64,000 nucleotides of DNA from Thermofilaceae archaeon (GTDB lineage Archaea > Thermoproteota > Thermoprotei > Thermofilales > Thermofilaceae), in contig JAWCCZ010000004.1 of the NCBI GenBank assembly GCA_038861545.1, positions 96,001 through 160,000 on the forward strand, in the 5' to 3' direction. The position numbers and the translations under genes are program-made. The notes beneath the pieces were generated by a model. It was given only the letters and a program-made list of their open reading frames with translations, searched no databases and was not told the DNA's origin. Positions 10,179 through 20,074 of this stretch are shown piece after piece; within the stretch, counting starts at the first letter, position 1; the number at the start of each line of letters is the position of its first letter.

Positions 10179-11161
10179 CTCAGCCTCACCCTTGGATCTG
10201 CAAGAGCTATCAAAAGATCAGCTATGTAAAGGGATACAACTGTTAAGAAAATACTTATAAACAGAACACCTTGAACTACAGGGTAATCAAATTGCGTACT
10301 TGCCTCGAACAACCACCTACCTACACCATACCATGAGAAAATAGTCTCGGTAATTACGGCTCCTGACACTATACCCGGTAACGCGAGCGCTACAATTGTA
10401 ATGACAGGGGGAAGCACGTTCTTTAACACGTGTTTCACCATAATTTCTTTTTCATCGAGACCCTTAGCCCTCGCGGTGATAATGTAGTCCTCACCAAGCT
10501 GTGTTATAAACAAGCTTCTTATCAAAAGTGCGTAACCTCCTACCCCCACTATGATCAGGGTTAAGAGAGGCAAGGTCATGTGCCACAGAAAATCGGCTAT
10601 GTATAGAACAGGGTCCAATGGAGGTGGTCTACTGACACTTCCTGCTAGTGGAAATAACCTTAGATAAAATCCGAACACTAAGAGTAAGAGGAGGCCAAGG
10701 TAGAACGTTGGAAACGAGTTTAGAAGGACGCTGGTACCAATGAACGCTGTATCTATTTTTGTCCCTCTCTTCATAGCCAGCGTTAGACCAATAGCTAAAC
10801 CGAAGATTATTGTCAACACTGTTGAGGCTCCCAGCAGTATAACTGTGTTAGGCAACCTCTCCACTAATTCTGCTATAACGGGCCTACGAGTGTAGAAAGA
10901 GTAGCCAAGGTTACCAGTGAATAGGGCTAGTACGTACTTTACGAACTGCGCGTGTAAGGGCTCATCTAAACCGAACGCCTTTCTTATTAGTTCTTTCTGC
11001 TCGTTTGTTAAATTAGGATTCATAAAAAAGAACGATGGATCTATACCTAACACATAATAAGGTAAAACCCTTAAAAGAGCGAATTGCAGCACAAGGGCTA
11101 CGAAGAGGACCATTGCTCTATCTAGGGCTCTTTTCGCCATATACCTAGCTAAACCAGCCAA
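10175..11161 (-). CDS. oppB: Peptide ABC transporter permease (OppB/DppB)
   Basis: GNLGYSF, ERLPNT, DYIITARAKGL, ITETIFSWYGVG, DPRVR. Confidence 0.93.
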   Translation of the reverse strand: MAGLARYMAKRALDRAMVLFVALVLQFALLRVLPYYVLGIDPSFFFMNPNLTNEQKELIRKAFGLDEPLHAQFVKYVLALFTGNLGYSFYTRRPVIAELVERLPNTVILLGASTVLTIIFGLAIGLTLAMKRGTKIDTAFIGTSVLLNSFPTFYLGLLLLLVFGFYLRLFPLAGSVSRPPPLDPVLYIADFLWHMTLPLLTLIIVGVGGYALLIRSLFITQLGEDYIITARAKGLDEKEIMVKHVLKNVLPPVITIVALALPGIVSGAVITETIFSWYGVGRWLFEASTQFDYPVVQGVLFISIFLTVVSLYIADLLIALADPRVRLR

Positions 11162-11212
11162 CTACACCACCAGTAGAAAATTCCACAAAAAGTAAACAAT
11201 TAATCTAAAAGG

Positions 11213-13363
11213 TTATCCGCTAGATTTGCTTTTTTTCCTTCTAGTTAAGTAGAGAACGGCGATGATCACTACCGCAATGCCTATTGCTCCTAACGCTATA
11301 TAGGGTAGGTAGCGTTCCCAAGCCGGTCTGATAGTAATCGACACCGGTACTTCTTTTTCAAAGCTAGTTCCAGCTATTACAGCTGAACTGCGCACGAGTG
11401 CTTTGAAGCTTCCGCTAAGACCAGCTGTATCGAGAGACGCTTCATAAACTCCTCCTCCTTTATGGGCGGCTGAAACACTTTTCACAACGTTGTCATCACT
11501 AATCAATTGTAGAGATACAGTAGCATTTGTTAACGCGGTACCTGTGTAATCTGTTAACTTCACGGTAATTTGAAGGGAATCGCCCTCGTAAAGTGTAGTT
11601 TTCTGTAGAGTGTACTCTAACGTTAAAGTTTTAGCAGGATGCTTCTTCCAGTAGCCAGCATACCACTTTAGCAGGATATACTCACCAGGCTTCCTATCAG
11701 CAAATATGAAAGGCCCTGTCCCTATCAAGCACGTCAAACCACTTTTTGTAGGATGTGGAACTTTGCTTGGATCCCATTTCTCCCATCCGCCGTACTGCTC
11801 GAGTAGCGATTCGTTACCCCAGATGTGTGCGGGTACTAGTGCAACGTTAATGTCATAAAGATAGGTCCAGCTTGTGCCATTTATGTATGCAATAATTGTA
11901 TAGTCATCGGGTAGCTCGGTTTCTATCAACTCCTCGAAAACCTTGGCATATTGTTGAGTCGGTTTGTTTAACTTTATAAACCACCAAGTGAAGTTAACGT
12001 CTCTTGCTGTGAATTTTACGCCATCGTGCCATGTAACATTATTGTTTAAGTAAAATGTGATCTTAGTACTTGGATGACCCCCAATCTCCACTTCCTCCAT
12101 TTTCCATGATTTAGCCAACCAAGGCAAGTTATCTGAAACTTGATCGGGATGAGCTATGAAAAGTGACTCCAATACGTTGTTCATAACTGCCCACTCATCT
12201 CCGCTGATCGCCGTAAACGGGTTAAGAGTCCGTGGATCAGAGCCTAACGGCGTCTTATATGCTCCTCCAAATAACATGTTAGTGTGGTGCACATTTAATG
12301 TGGTGATGTAGGATTGCCCCCCAACAGGTTTTGAAAGAACAATTCCGGCTATATCAGTTCGGAATCCTACGTTAGCGATACCCATGTAAATCGGTATGTA
12401 GGGGAGGAGGTCAGCTACCTTCTCTTGAACTTTCCAGAGAGCTTGCTTAGCCTTGGATATATCCGCTGTATAATAGAACTGCTCCAGTAATTTATCAAGC
12501 TCGGGATCACTTATTCCCCAGAAATTCCAGCTACCGTCGGTCCTGAAAAGCTCGTATGCCAGTGTGGGAACCCTATCCCAACCTAAATATAAAATAAACG
12601 ACTTGAAGGTCTTGGAGTATATCTGGGCTACTAGAGCTTGAAACTCTATGGCTTCTATTTCAATCGGTAAACCTACGCTACGACCCTCTTCAATTATGTG
12701 CTGAGCTTCTTGATACAACCATGGAGCTTGCTCTTGAGGAGGAACCTGAATAATTATTTTTCCAAGCTCCCTACCGTTAGGTTCATACCACTTACCGGTT
12801 TTTTCATCAAATATAAAACCGGCGTCTAGCAATACCTTTTTAGATAATTCCCTGCTGAATGGATAACTAGGTACATCCGGGTTAGACCAATCCCCGAAAG
12901 CTGGAGGTATAGCGGCCTCCACTGGTACGCCGAAACCATTGAAAACATTTCTGATAATCCAATCTCTATCAATAAGGTGGGCTACAGCCTTTCTAACAGC
13001 TGTATAGTTCCACGGATATTGCTGACAGTTTATTCCGAGAAATTGTAGATTAAAGGTTTGATATGATAATAGGTATATGTTTGGATCATCTTTAACCTCT
13101 GAAATCCTTGCTGGCTGGACAAAACATGTATCCAAGTCGCCTTTCTTGAAAGCCATTAATCGAGCATCGTAGTCTAAAATCACGGGCATTAAAGTTTCAT
13201 CGACACGTGGACCATAGGGTTCCCAGCTCCATGTCTCCTGCTCGGGAGGGATTGGCGCTGGGCAGACAGTTGTTACCGAAATAAGTGTCAAAATAATTAC
13301 CAGCGTTGATAAGAGTTTCCCGTCATTTAAACTAGTTTTTTTGATAATTTTGCCTCTCTTCAT
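11213..13363 (-). CDS. oppA: Peptide ABC transporter substrate-binding protein (family 5), C-terminal TM anchor
   Basis: Signal-like N-terminus, VRKAVAHLIDR, TWHDGVKFTARDV, IGTGPF, C-terminal hydrophobic helix with basic tail. Confidence 0.9.
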   Translation of the reverse strand: MKRGKIIKKTSLNDGKLLSTLVIILTLISVTTVCPAPIPPEQETWSWEPYGPRVDETLMPVILDYDARLMAFKKGDLDTCFVQPARISEVKDDPNIYLLSYQTFNLQFLGINCQQYPWNYTAVRKAVAHLIDRDWIIRNVFNGFGVPVEAAIPPAFGDWSNPDVPSYPFSRELSKKVLLDAGFIFDEKTGKWYEPNGRELGKIIIQVPPQEQAPWLYQEAQHIIEEGRSVGLPIEIEAIEFQALVAQIYSKTFKSFILYLGWDRVPTLAYELFRTDGSWNFWGISDPELDKLLEQFYYTADISKAKQALWKVQEKVADLLPYIPIYMGIANVGFRTDIAGIVLSKPVGGQSYITTLNVHHTNMLFGGAYKTPLGSDPRTLNPFTAISGDEWAVMNNVLESLFIAHPDQVSDNLPWLAKSWKMEEVEIGGHPSTKITFYLNNNVTWHDGVKFTARDVNFTWWFIKLNKPTQQYAKVFEELIETELPDDYTIIAYINGTSWTYLYDINVALVPAHIWGNESLLEQYGGWEKWDPSKVPHPTKSGLTCLIGTGPFIFADRKPGEYILLKWYAGYWKKHPAKTLTLEYTLQKTTLYEGDSLQITVKLTDYTGTALTNATVSLQLISDDNVVKSVSAAHKGGGVYEASLDTAGLSGSFKALVRSSAVIAGTSFEKEVPVSITIRPAWERYLPYIALGAIGIAVVIIAVLYLTRRKKSKSSG

Positions 13364-13427
13364 TGCTCTAGCCTTAAAGAAAACCTATATATAAACCTTA
13401 TTTCATTAAATTCTTTGAACTGGTTTG

Positions 13428-14417
13428 TTAACGTAACAAGTGGCAGGCTGCGAAATGCTCCTTCTCAACTTCAACGCTGGGGGGCTCCTCACTACGACAA
13501 ACATCCATAACGTAAGGACACCGAGGATGAAAACGACAACCAGAAGGAGGATTAATTGGCGACGCTACTTCTCCTATTATAGGGATTTCTCCTATTTTAA
13601 CGCGGGGGTCAGGTGTTGGAATTGCTGTGATAAGGGCTTTTGTGTAGGGGTGAGCTGGACTATCTATCACCTGCTGCGAGCCCCCTATTTCAACAATCTT
13701 TCCGAGGTACATGACCGCTATTCTATCGCTAATGTGTTTAGCTAAAGCTAAGTCATGAGTTATAAATAGGTAAGCTACCCTGTGTTTTTCCCGTATGTCC
13801 AGTAATAACTTCAAGATACTGGCGCGAATTGACATATCTAACATAGAGACCGGTTCATCAGCTACTATGAAATTCGGCCTGAGGATTATCGCTCTTGCGA
13901 TAGCAACTCTCTGTCGCTGACCACCGCTAAGCTCATGTGGGTACCTATTTAAAAAGTTCTCAGGAGGAGTTAACGCCACTTCTTCTAGAGCTTTGATGAC
14001 CATTTCGACTTTCTCCTCCTTGCCGTTAAGGTTGCCATGTATGGCTAGAGGTTCGGCAACGATATCTATGATTCGCATCAAGGGATTTAGAGATTCATAA
14101 GGGTCTTGAAAAATTATCTGTGCTTTCCTCCTAAATTCTTTTAGTTCAACACCTTGAACCGTGGTAACGTCTCTGCCCTCAAAGAGTATTTTACCGCTAT
14201 CAGGTTCCTCTAACCTTATACTCAGACGGCCTGTGGTAGTCTTACCGCAACCAGATTCACCTGCTAGGCAAAATATCTCCCCAGCTTTAACATCAAAGCT
14301 TATACCATCGACGGCCTTAAGGTATACTAGTGTTCTCCTACTTAATATGTCACTTAAACCGCGTCTCATAGGAAACCATTTCCTAATATTTACAACTTTA
14401 ATTAGTGGCTCACTCAT
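13428..14417 (-). CDS. oppF: Peptide ABC transporter ATPase (OppF/DppF)
   Basis: [50 protein letters not shown]. Confidence 0.93.
   Translation of the reverse strand: MSEPLIKVVNIRKWFPMRRGLSDILSRRTLVYLKAVDGISFDVKAGEIFCLAGESGCGKTTTGRLSIRLEEPDSGKILFEGRDVTTVQGVELKEFRRKAQIIFQDPYESLNPLMRIIDIVAEPLAIHGNLNGKEEKVEMVIKALEEVALTPPENFLNRYPHELSGGQRQRVAIARAIILRPNFIVADEPVSMLDMSIRASILKLLLDIREKHRVAYLFITHDLALAKHISDRIAVMYLGKIVEIGGSQQVIDSPAHPYTKALITAIPTPDPRVKIGEIPIIGEVASPINPPSGCRFHPRCPYVMDVCRSEEPPSVEVEKEHFAACHLLR
13440..13556. repeat. Direct repeat copy 1 (3' end of oppF)
   Basis: 117 bp identical to 14435-14551; 89-bp core (13468-13556) also identical to 16379-16467. Confidence 0.95.
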
Positions 14418-15388
14418 GCGTACTCACCAAGTAGGTGGCAGGCTGCGAAATGCTCCTTCTCAACTTCAACGCTGGGGGGCTCCTCACTACGACAAACATC
14501 CATAACGTAAGGACACCGAGGATGAAAACGACAACCAGAAGGAGGATTAATCAAGCTAGGCGGCTGCCCAACTATGTACTTGAATGTCTTCTTCGGTTCT
14601 TTAATGCTGGGAACGGCGCTAATTAAAGCTTGAGTGTAAGGGTGACTGGGGTTTAAAAAAACAGCCTCTGTACTACCACTTTCCACGAACTTGCCAGCAT
14701 ACATGATAGCCACTTTATTGCTTACTTCCGAAATAACCGAGACATCGTGGGAAATAAACACTATTGAGAGCCTTAGTCTTTCCTTTAACTCCTTTAGAAG
14801 CTTAAGTATTTGAGCCTGAACTATCACATCAAGTGCCGTAGTGGGTTCATCTGCTATTAAAACCCTAGGATTTAGAGCTAAGGCCATGGCTATAACCGCT
14901 CTTTGGCGCTGCCCTCCGCTAAGTTCAAAGGGGTATCTCTTAAGGGTCGACCTATCTAACCCCACCATTTCCAGCAAGTCAGCCGCCTTCTCCAGAGCTT
15001 CCTTCTTCGCAATCCCATCTACATGAACGATTATGGCTTCAGCTATTTGCTCTCCAACCTTGATTACAGGGTTAAGCGCGTTCATGCTACCTTGGAAAAC
15101 CATCGATACCTTTCTCCAGCGGATCTCTCTTCTCAGCTTATCCTCCGGTAAACCTACTATATCCATGCCGTCAAGTACTATTCTCCCACTCACAATCCGC
15201 GCGTTTGAGGGTAGGATCTTTAGTAAGGTCATCGCCAAGCTCGATTTTCCGCAACCGGACTCACCAACTATTCCTAACGACTCTGCTTCGCCCAATGAAA
15301 AGTCAACTCCATCAACTGCTTTTACAGTCTCACCATCAACACCGTAGTACATCTTCAGGTTCTCGACAGCCAACAACATCCTAGGCAC
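14414..15388 (-). CDS. oppD: Peptide ABC transporter ATPase (OppD/DppD)
   Basis: [46 protein letters not shown]. Confidence 0.93.
   Translation of the reverse strand: MPRMLLAVENLKMYYGVDGETVKAVDGVDFSLGEAESLGIVGESGCGKSSLAMTLLKILPSNARIVSGRIVLDGMDIVGLPEDKLRREIRWRKVSMVFQGSMNALNPVIKVGEQIAEAIIVHVDGIAKKEALEKAADLLEMVGLDRSTLKRYPFELSGGQRQRAVIAMALALNPRVLIADEPTTALDVIVQAQILKLLKELKERLRLSIVFISHDVSVISEVSNKVAIMYAGKFVESGSTEAVFLNPSHPYTQALISAVPSIKEPKKTFKYIVGQPPSLINPPSGCRFHPRCPYVMDVCRSEEPPSVEVEKEHFAACHLLGEYA
14435..14563. repeat. Direct repeat copy 2 (3' end of first oppD)
   Basis: 14435-14551 = 13440-13556; 14463-14563 = 16379-16479. Confidence 0.95.
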
Positions 15389-15791
15389 CTTTAACTAGAA
15401 TCTGGGGTAAACTTAAAGGAATTATAAACTTTTAGCGAACCTTCTATGAATACTTTTAATATAATCTTATGTACCTTCATGGATAAAAGTAAATCCTCAG
15501 TTAAAAACTCTATGCAGGAACTAGCCTTTTAGAGTTGTAAAAGCATGGCTTGACTATTCGGTTCAACCATCAATTAATATCATTGGCCTTTAGTTAAGGT
15601 CCCATTCCTTGTTGAACTTGTAGATGGAGCCTGAGCACAAAGTTAGAGAAAACTGATGGCGGTAATCCTTTCTTCTCTAATTGATTGGTTTATGCTGAGC
15701 AGCTTCGTGGCCTACTTTAGCAATGATAATGGTCGCTCTGAAATAATGGTAGAACTTTCGGCTTCTATCTCACAGTTTAAAAAGCAATGAA

Positions 15792-16364
15792 CTATGGTTT
15801 GAAATCCCTCTCTAAGCTTCGCTGAGGTGATGACCGGATATGGTAAATTAGCGCATAAGATCCGTACATGAGCGATATGAGCCCGGCAAGTGATAAGACT
15901 AAAGTAGCTATGTCAAGCATTAGTAGTCTATCGTAATCTACGCTGAAATATCTCACAGAGACAACGCCGTTCACCTCACAGGAAACACATTGCAATATCA
16001 GTAGCGCCTTCTCTGGGGCTTCACTTAGCAATAGACTTCCTTCCTTAAGTAACCTGGTTCCTGTGCCAGCATTTAATAAGCCAACCGTGCTATTATCGCG
16101 CATAAACTTTATCGTAGCGTTAAGAAGCCCGGTTGATGAAAAGTTTAAAAAATAGAATACCCTCTCGCTAGTCGCACCCGGTAGCTGTAAAATAACGCTC
16201 CTTTCGCCCTCTAAACTGAGATTAAAGCTTTCCTCGTTCAATTGATGAGGAGAAACGTAGTATGAGGTATAAAACGAAATAATTAACCCTATAGTTACGA
16301 ATACTATTCCAGTCACAGCCATGAAAACATACTTACTTTTTCGCATAGAGCCAGCATTTAACAT
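15792..16364 (-). CDS. Hypothetical membrane protein (2 TM flanking an extracellular domain)
   Basis: 190-aa ORF overlapping the 3' end of the second oppD. Confidence 0.6.
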   Translation of the reverse strand: MLNAGSMRKSKYVFMAVTGIVFVTIGLIISFYTSYYVSPHQLNEESFNLSLEGERSVILQLPGATSERVFYFLNFSSTGLLNATIKFMRDNSTVGLLNAGTGTRLLKEGSLLLSEAPEKALLILQCVSCEVNGVVSVRYFSVDYDRLLMLDIATLVLSLAGLISLMYGSYALIYHIRSSPQRSLERDFKP

Positions 16365-17298
16365 AGTGTCCAGGTTTCACTTCAACGCTGGGGGGCTCCT
16401 CACTACGACAAACATCCATAACGTAAGGACACCGAGGATGAAAACGACAACCAGAAGGAGGATTAATCAAGCTAGGCGGTGTACCAGGGATAAACTCAAG
16501 CTTTTTATCGGCTCTAAGCGTTGGCACGCTAGCCATCAACTTCTGAGCATAGGGATGCTTCGGACTGGTGTAGAACTCTTCGCTTTCCGTAAACTCTATA
16601 ATCTCTCCGGCGTACATAACAGCCACCTTGTCAGCTAACTCGCTTGAGAGAGCTACATCATGAGTTATAAAGATGTAATTTACACCGGTTTCAGATTTAA
16701 CTGACTTCAGTAAGTTCATTATATTCGCTTGAGTTATTACATCGAGAGCAGAGGTAGGTTCATCCAGTATAATGACATCGGGCTTCATTATAAGCGCCAT
16801 AGCTATTACAGCCCTCTGCTTCATACCACCGCTTAGCTCAAACGGGTAACGCTCGGCAAAGCTTTCATGGACGCCAACCATCCTAAGGTACTTCTTAGCT
16901 TCTGAAAGAGCTTCCTCCTTGGATATACCGTTGTGGATCATAAGGGGCTCAGCTATCTGGAACCCAATTTTCAAAACCGGGTTTAACGAATTCTGGGCGG
17001 CTTGAAAAACAATAGAAATTTTTCTCCATCGAATTTCTTTACGAAACTCTTCTTCATCTAGTTCCATGAGATCCTGACCGTTAAGGAAGAGCTGCCCGTC
17101 AAAGGTATGGATATTGCGTGGAAGTAAGCGTATGATCGCCCTAGCCAGCGATGTTTTTCCACATCCGGACTCGCCGACTATCGCTAAGCTTTCACCCCTG
17201 TATAAATCAAAACTAACCTTATCGACTGCTCTTACTATCCCCTTTCTTGTAGCATAGTAGAGGCGTAGATCTTTGATACTTAAAATAGTTTCAGGCAT
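16333..17298 (-). CDS. oppD: Peptide ABC transporter ATPase (OppD/DppD), second cluster
   Basis: [38 protein letters not shown]. Confidence 0.93.
   Translation of the reverse strand: MPETILSIKDLRLYYATRKGIVRAVDKVSFDLYRGESLAIVGESGCGKTSLARAIIRLLPRNIHTFDGQLFLNGQDLMELDEEEFRKEIRWRKISIVFQAAQNSLNPVLKIGFQIAEPLMIHNGISKEEALSEAKKYLRMVGVHESFAERYPFELSGGMKQRAVIAMALIMKPDVIILDEPTSALDVITQANIMNLLKSVKSETGVNYIFITHDVALSSELADKVAVMYAGEIIEFTESEEFYTSPKHPYAQKLMASVPTLRADKKLEFIPGTPPSLINPPSGCRFHPRCPYVMDVCRSEEPPSVEVKPGHYVKCWLYAKK
16379..16479. repeat. Direct repeat copy 3 (3' end of second oppD)
   Basis: 101 bp identical to 14463-14563. Confidence 0.95.
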
Positions 17299-17308
17299 GC
17301 AACCACCC

Positions 17309-18748
17309 TTACATCTCTCTTAGCCTCGGGTTAACTATCTTATCCAAGGCAAACCCTAAGAAAGCAAAAGCAAATGAAGTAATCATTAACATTATAGCTG
17401 GTTCGAGCACCCAGTAGTATAGACCTCGATAAAGTGCACCGTTAGTGTTAGCATCATTTAGGACTTTACCCCATGTTGGAAGGAATGGATCCCCAAGCCC
17501 AAGAAATGATAATGAAGCTTCGAGGAAAACATACCCAGGAACAGCTGATACTAAGCCGGGTATTACTGGCGGAAGGATTTTAGGAATTATGTAGAAAAGT
17601 ATGATCCTAAAATCGGAGGCACCATAGGCCTGAGCGGCTTCAATATAGGGGTACTCTTTTATCTGCATAACGAGAGCTCTTGTACCCTTAATCCCACCCC
17701 CGAAGATACTTAAAACTATTACCACCGCAAGAATAACCCAAATATCTAATTTATAGAAAACAGAAATCATTATGAGGAATGGCAGGAACGGCAACACCAT
17801 GTAAACCTCGGTTATCCTCTGGATAAGAGAATCTACCCACCCACCGTACCAGCCGCTTATCGTCGCGATTAATAACTGGATGAACGTTGTAAGTAGAGAT
17901 GCTGTTAAACCAAAAGCTAAGGCGATTGGAGCCCCCCAAAGTAAAGGTATTTCTAGCGGCCTTCTAAGGTGATCAGTTCCAGCTGGTCCGTGAACCGTAC
18001 CGTAGACCACCGCCCTAGCGTCAAAGCCCGTTTGCGCGCCGAAAACCACTGCCTCGATCACTAACTTATAAGTCCCTTTCTCCACTTCGAATTCGCCGCC
18101 TTCAAGCGAGGTTTCATCAACTTTTCCGAAAAGAAGTTTAAGTACAGTAAGCCTTTCACTAGTGTTTACCGAGTATTTTTCACTATAGAAGCTGGTTAAA
18201 GTCTTGAGTATATTATTACTTATTGAAATATATAGCTTATCATCGGGGGCCCCTAAACCATACTTCACTATAGTGATACTGTCACCGCTAGGTTTTATCC
18301 AATTGATTGTCACTAAAGGCGCTCCAACCCCTGAAAAGTTTGAAAAGAGGAAAACATTGAACTCGCTCGGCAGCTCGTCAAAATCGTATGTAAACCTGAA
18401 CTCTAAAACTATTTTTTTCATATCTAGACCTGGTATCTCTATTTCAGCTTTACTTACATAAGGCGAACGAACACGTGAATCAAGTAAGATAGTTTTAGGG
18501 AGCCTTTTACTGGAGAAAAACTGGATCCACTCCGGTGCTGCTGTGCGTGGATTATCGATCCACATAGCTTCCTGACCTCTCCACATCCTGATAGCCTTGT
18601 CGTAAGGTATTACTAGGATCGTGTATATGGATAAAAAAACTAAGAATATAAGTATCCCTATACCTATTGCCCCTGATTTATAAGATAAGACTTCCTTGAT
18701 AATGCCCTTGCCCCTTCCCTCCCTGGTAGAGCTCATACTCTCACCCAA
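17309..18748 (-). CDS. oppC: Peptide ABC transporter permease (OppC/DppC), second cluster
   Basis: GTDHLRR, YIEAAQAYGAS, SFLGLGDP..TWGK. Confidence 0.92.
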   Translation of the reverse strand: MGESMSSTREGRGKGIIKEVLSYKSGAIGIGILIFLVFLSIYTILVIPYDKAIRMWRGQEAMWIDNPRTAAPEWIQFFSSKRLPKTILLDSRVRSPYVSKAEIEIPGLDMKKIVLEFRFTYDFDELPSEFNVFLFSNFSGVGAPLVTINWIKPSGDSITIVKYGLGAPDDKLYISISNNILKTLTSFYSEKYSVNTSERLTVLKLLFGKVDETSLEGGEFEVEKGTYKLVIEAVVFGAQTGFDARAVVYGTVHGPAGTDHLRRPLEIPLLWGAPIALAFGLTASLLTTFIQLLIATISGWYGGWVDSLIQRITEVYMVLPFLPFLIMISVFYKLDIWVILAVVIVLSIFGGGIKGTRALVMQIKEYPYIEAAQAYGASDFRIILFYIIPKILPPVIPGLVSAVPGYVFLEASLSFLGLGDPFLPTWGKVLNDANTNGALYRGLYYWVLEPAIMLMITSFAFAFLGFALDKIVNPRLREM

Positions 18749-19805
18749 ACTGAGCCTTTATCCTAGGATCAAGAAGACCATATGTTAGATCGAGTATTAA
18801 GACCGTTGCCATTAGAAGATAAGCGTAAATTACGGTTATACCTAGTATCACAGGTGTGTCAAAGTACTGTATTGCCCTCATGGTCACTAGCCCTAAACCT
18901 GGCCACTCGAAAACGGTTTCTGTAATTATCGCACCACCCCACGAGCCAATAAGACCTAAAGCTAAACCTGTCACTATAGGTGGCAATGAAGGTCTAAGTA
19001 TATATCTGGTCTCTATTAGCCTAGGTGGGAGACCCTTCGCTTTTGCAGCCTCAACGTAGTCCTCGGTCGAGAAAATCAAGAAAAAAGTGCGGTTACTATA
19101 TACACCAAGGAAAAACCCAGAAATTATCCATGAAAGCATCGGTAAAACCATATGTTTTAACACGCTGAATGCATACAGTATCGGATCCTTTGGGGGAGGG
19201 GTATCTACAAACCCTCCGGGTGGCAGAAGGTAAAGCCAAGAATAAAATATCAATATGAGAAATATACCGTAAAACCAGCCAGGAATAACAGACGTTGGTG
19301 CCAGCGATATAACCAGCTTATCGAATCGGCTTCCATGATGTCTGGAAAGGTATAATCCCAAGAAAAGGTGTAGAAAGAAATTGATTAGTGTAACAGTCGT
19401 GAAAAGTATAACTGTTGCAGGCAGCCTTTCTAGGATTATGTTTTTAACTAGGCGTGAACCTGCATCGCTAGTCATGAAAAGCGCCCGTCCTAAATTTAGG
19501 CTTAACGCATCACGCAGGTAAGCTACACTCCTAATTAAGAAAGGTTGATCATAACCAAGTCTTTTTATTTCGTTTTGATAAACTTGTTCTACTATTTTAT
19601 CTCTCTCAGCACCGGATAGAACCCTATATGCGGGGTTCCTGTTTATACTATCTTGGATACTGGTTCGCAAATCAGCCTTAATCAATTCGTCAACTTTGCC
19701 GCCCATATTTGCAACTAGGATAGTCAAATAAGTTGCTATAATCATAGTAATGAACAACGTTACTCCTCTTTTGATTATATATTTCATTAAACCCTTTACA
19801 GCCAT
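18741..19805 (-). CDS. oppB: Peptide ABC transporter permease (OppB/DppB), second cluster
   Basis: ERLPAT, DYVEAAKAKGL, ITETVFEWPGLG, LDPRI. Confidence 0.92.
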   Translation of the reverse strand: MAVKGLMKYIIKRGVTLFITMIIATYLTILVANMGGKVDELIKADLRTSIQDSINRNPAYRVLSGAERDKIVEQVYQNEIKRLGYDQPFLIRSVAYLRDALSLNLGRALFMTSDAGSRLVKNIILERLPATVILFTTVTLINFFLHLFLGLYLSRHHGSRFDKLVISLAPTSVIPGWFYGIFLILIFYSWLYLLPPGGFVDTPPPKDPILYAFSVLKHMVLPMLSWIISGFFLGVYSNRTFFLIFSTEDYVEAAKAKGLPPRLIETRYILRPSLPPIVTGLALGLIGSWGGAIITETVFEWPGLGLVTMRAIQYFDTPVILGITVIYAYLLMATVLILDLTYGLLDPRIKAQFG

Positions 19806-20074
19806 ATATTCTTAGCCCTCTTTAAGGGCTAATATAAAAACCTTTATCCGGATAAGGCCATACCACAGCTGGCACCTGCCTACGCCAGTCTAATCTGTAT
19901 ATAATAAATATTTTTTAATTTATTGCAGTAATTCATTAAAAATTATTTAATTAACTAAAGTTATGTAAGCCAAACAGACTGAAAAGTACATGCTATCCTG
20001 TTGAACTATACTTTTATTATCGAAATACTTCAGAAGATTAAAAATTAGTTTGAAAAACAAAAATAAAATACTGT

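Noticed and set aside
15479-15791. Possible degraded plus-strand ORF between the two opp clusters
   Set aside because: Only short broken frames with no recognisable motif.
13440-16479. Repeats as DGR template/variable regions, CRISPR or IS ends
   Set aside because: Copies are identical (no adenine-specific changes) and in-frame within genes; no reverse transcriptase, spacers or transposase in the window.
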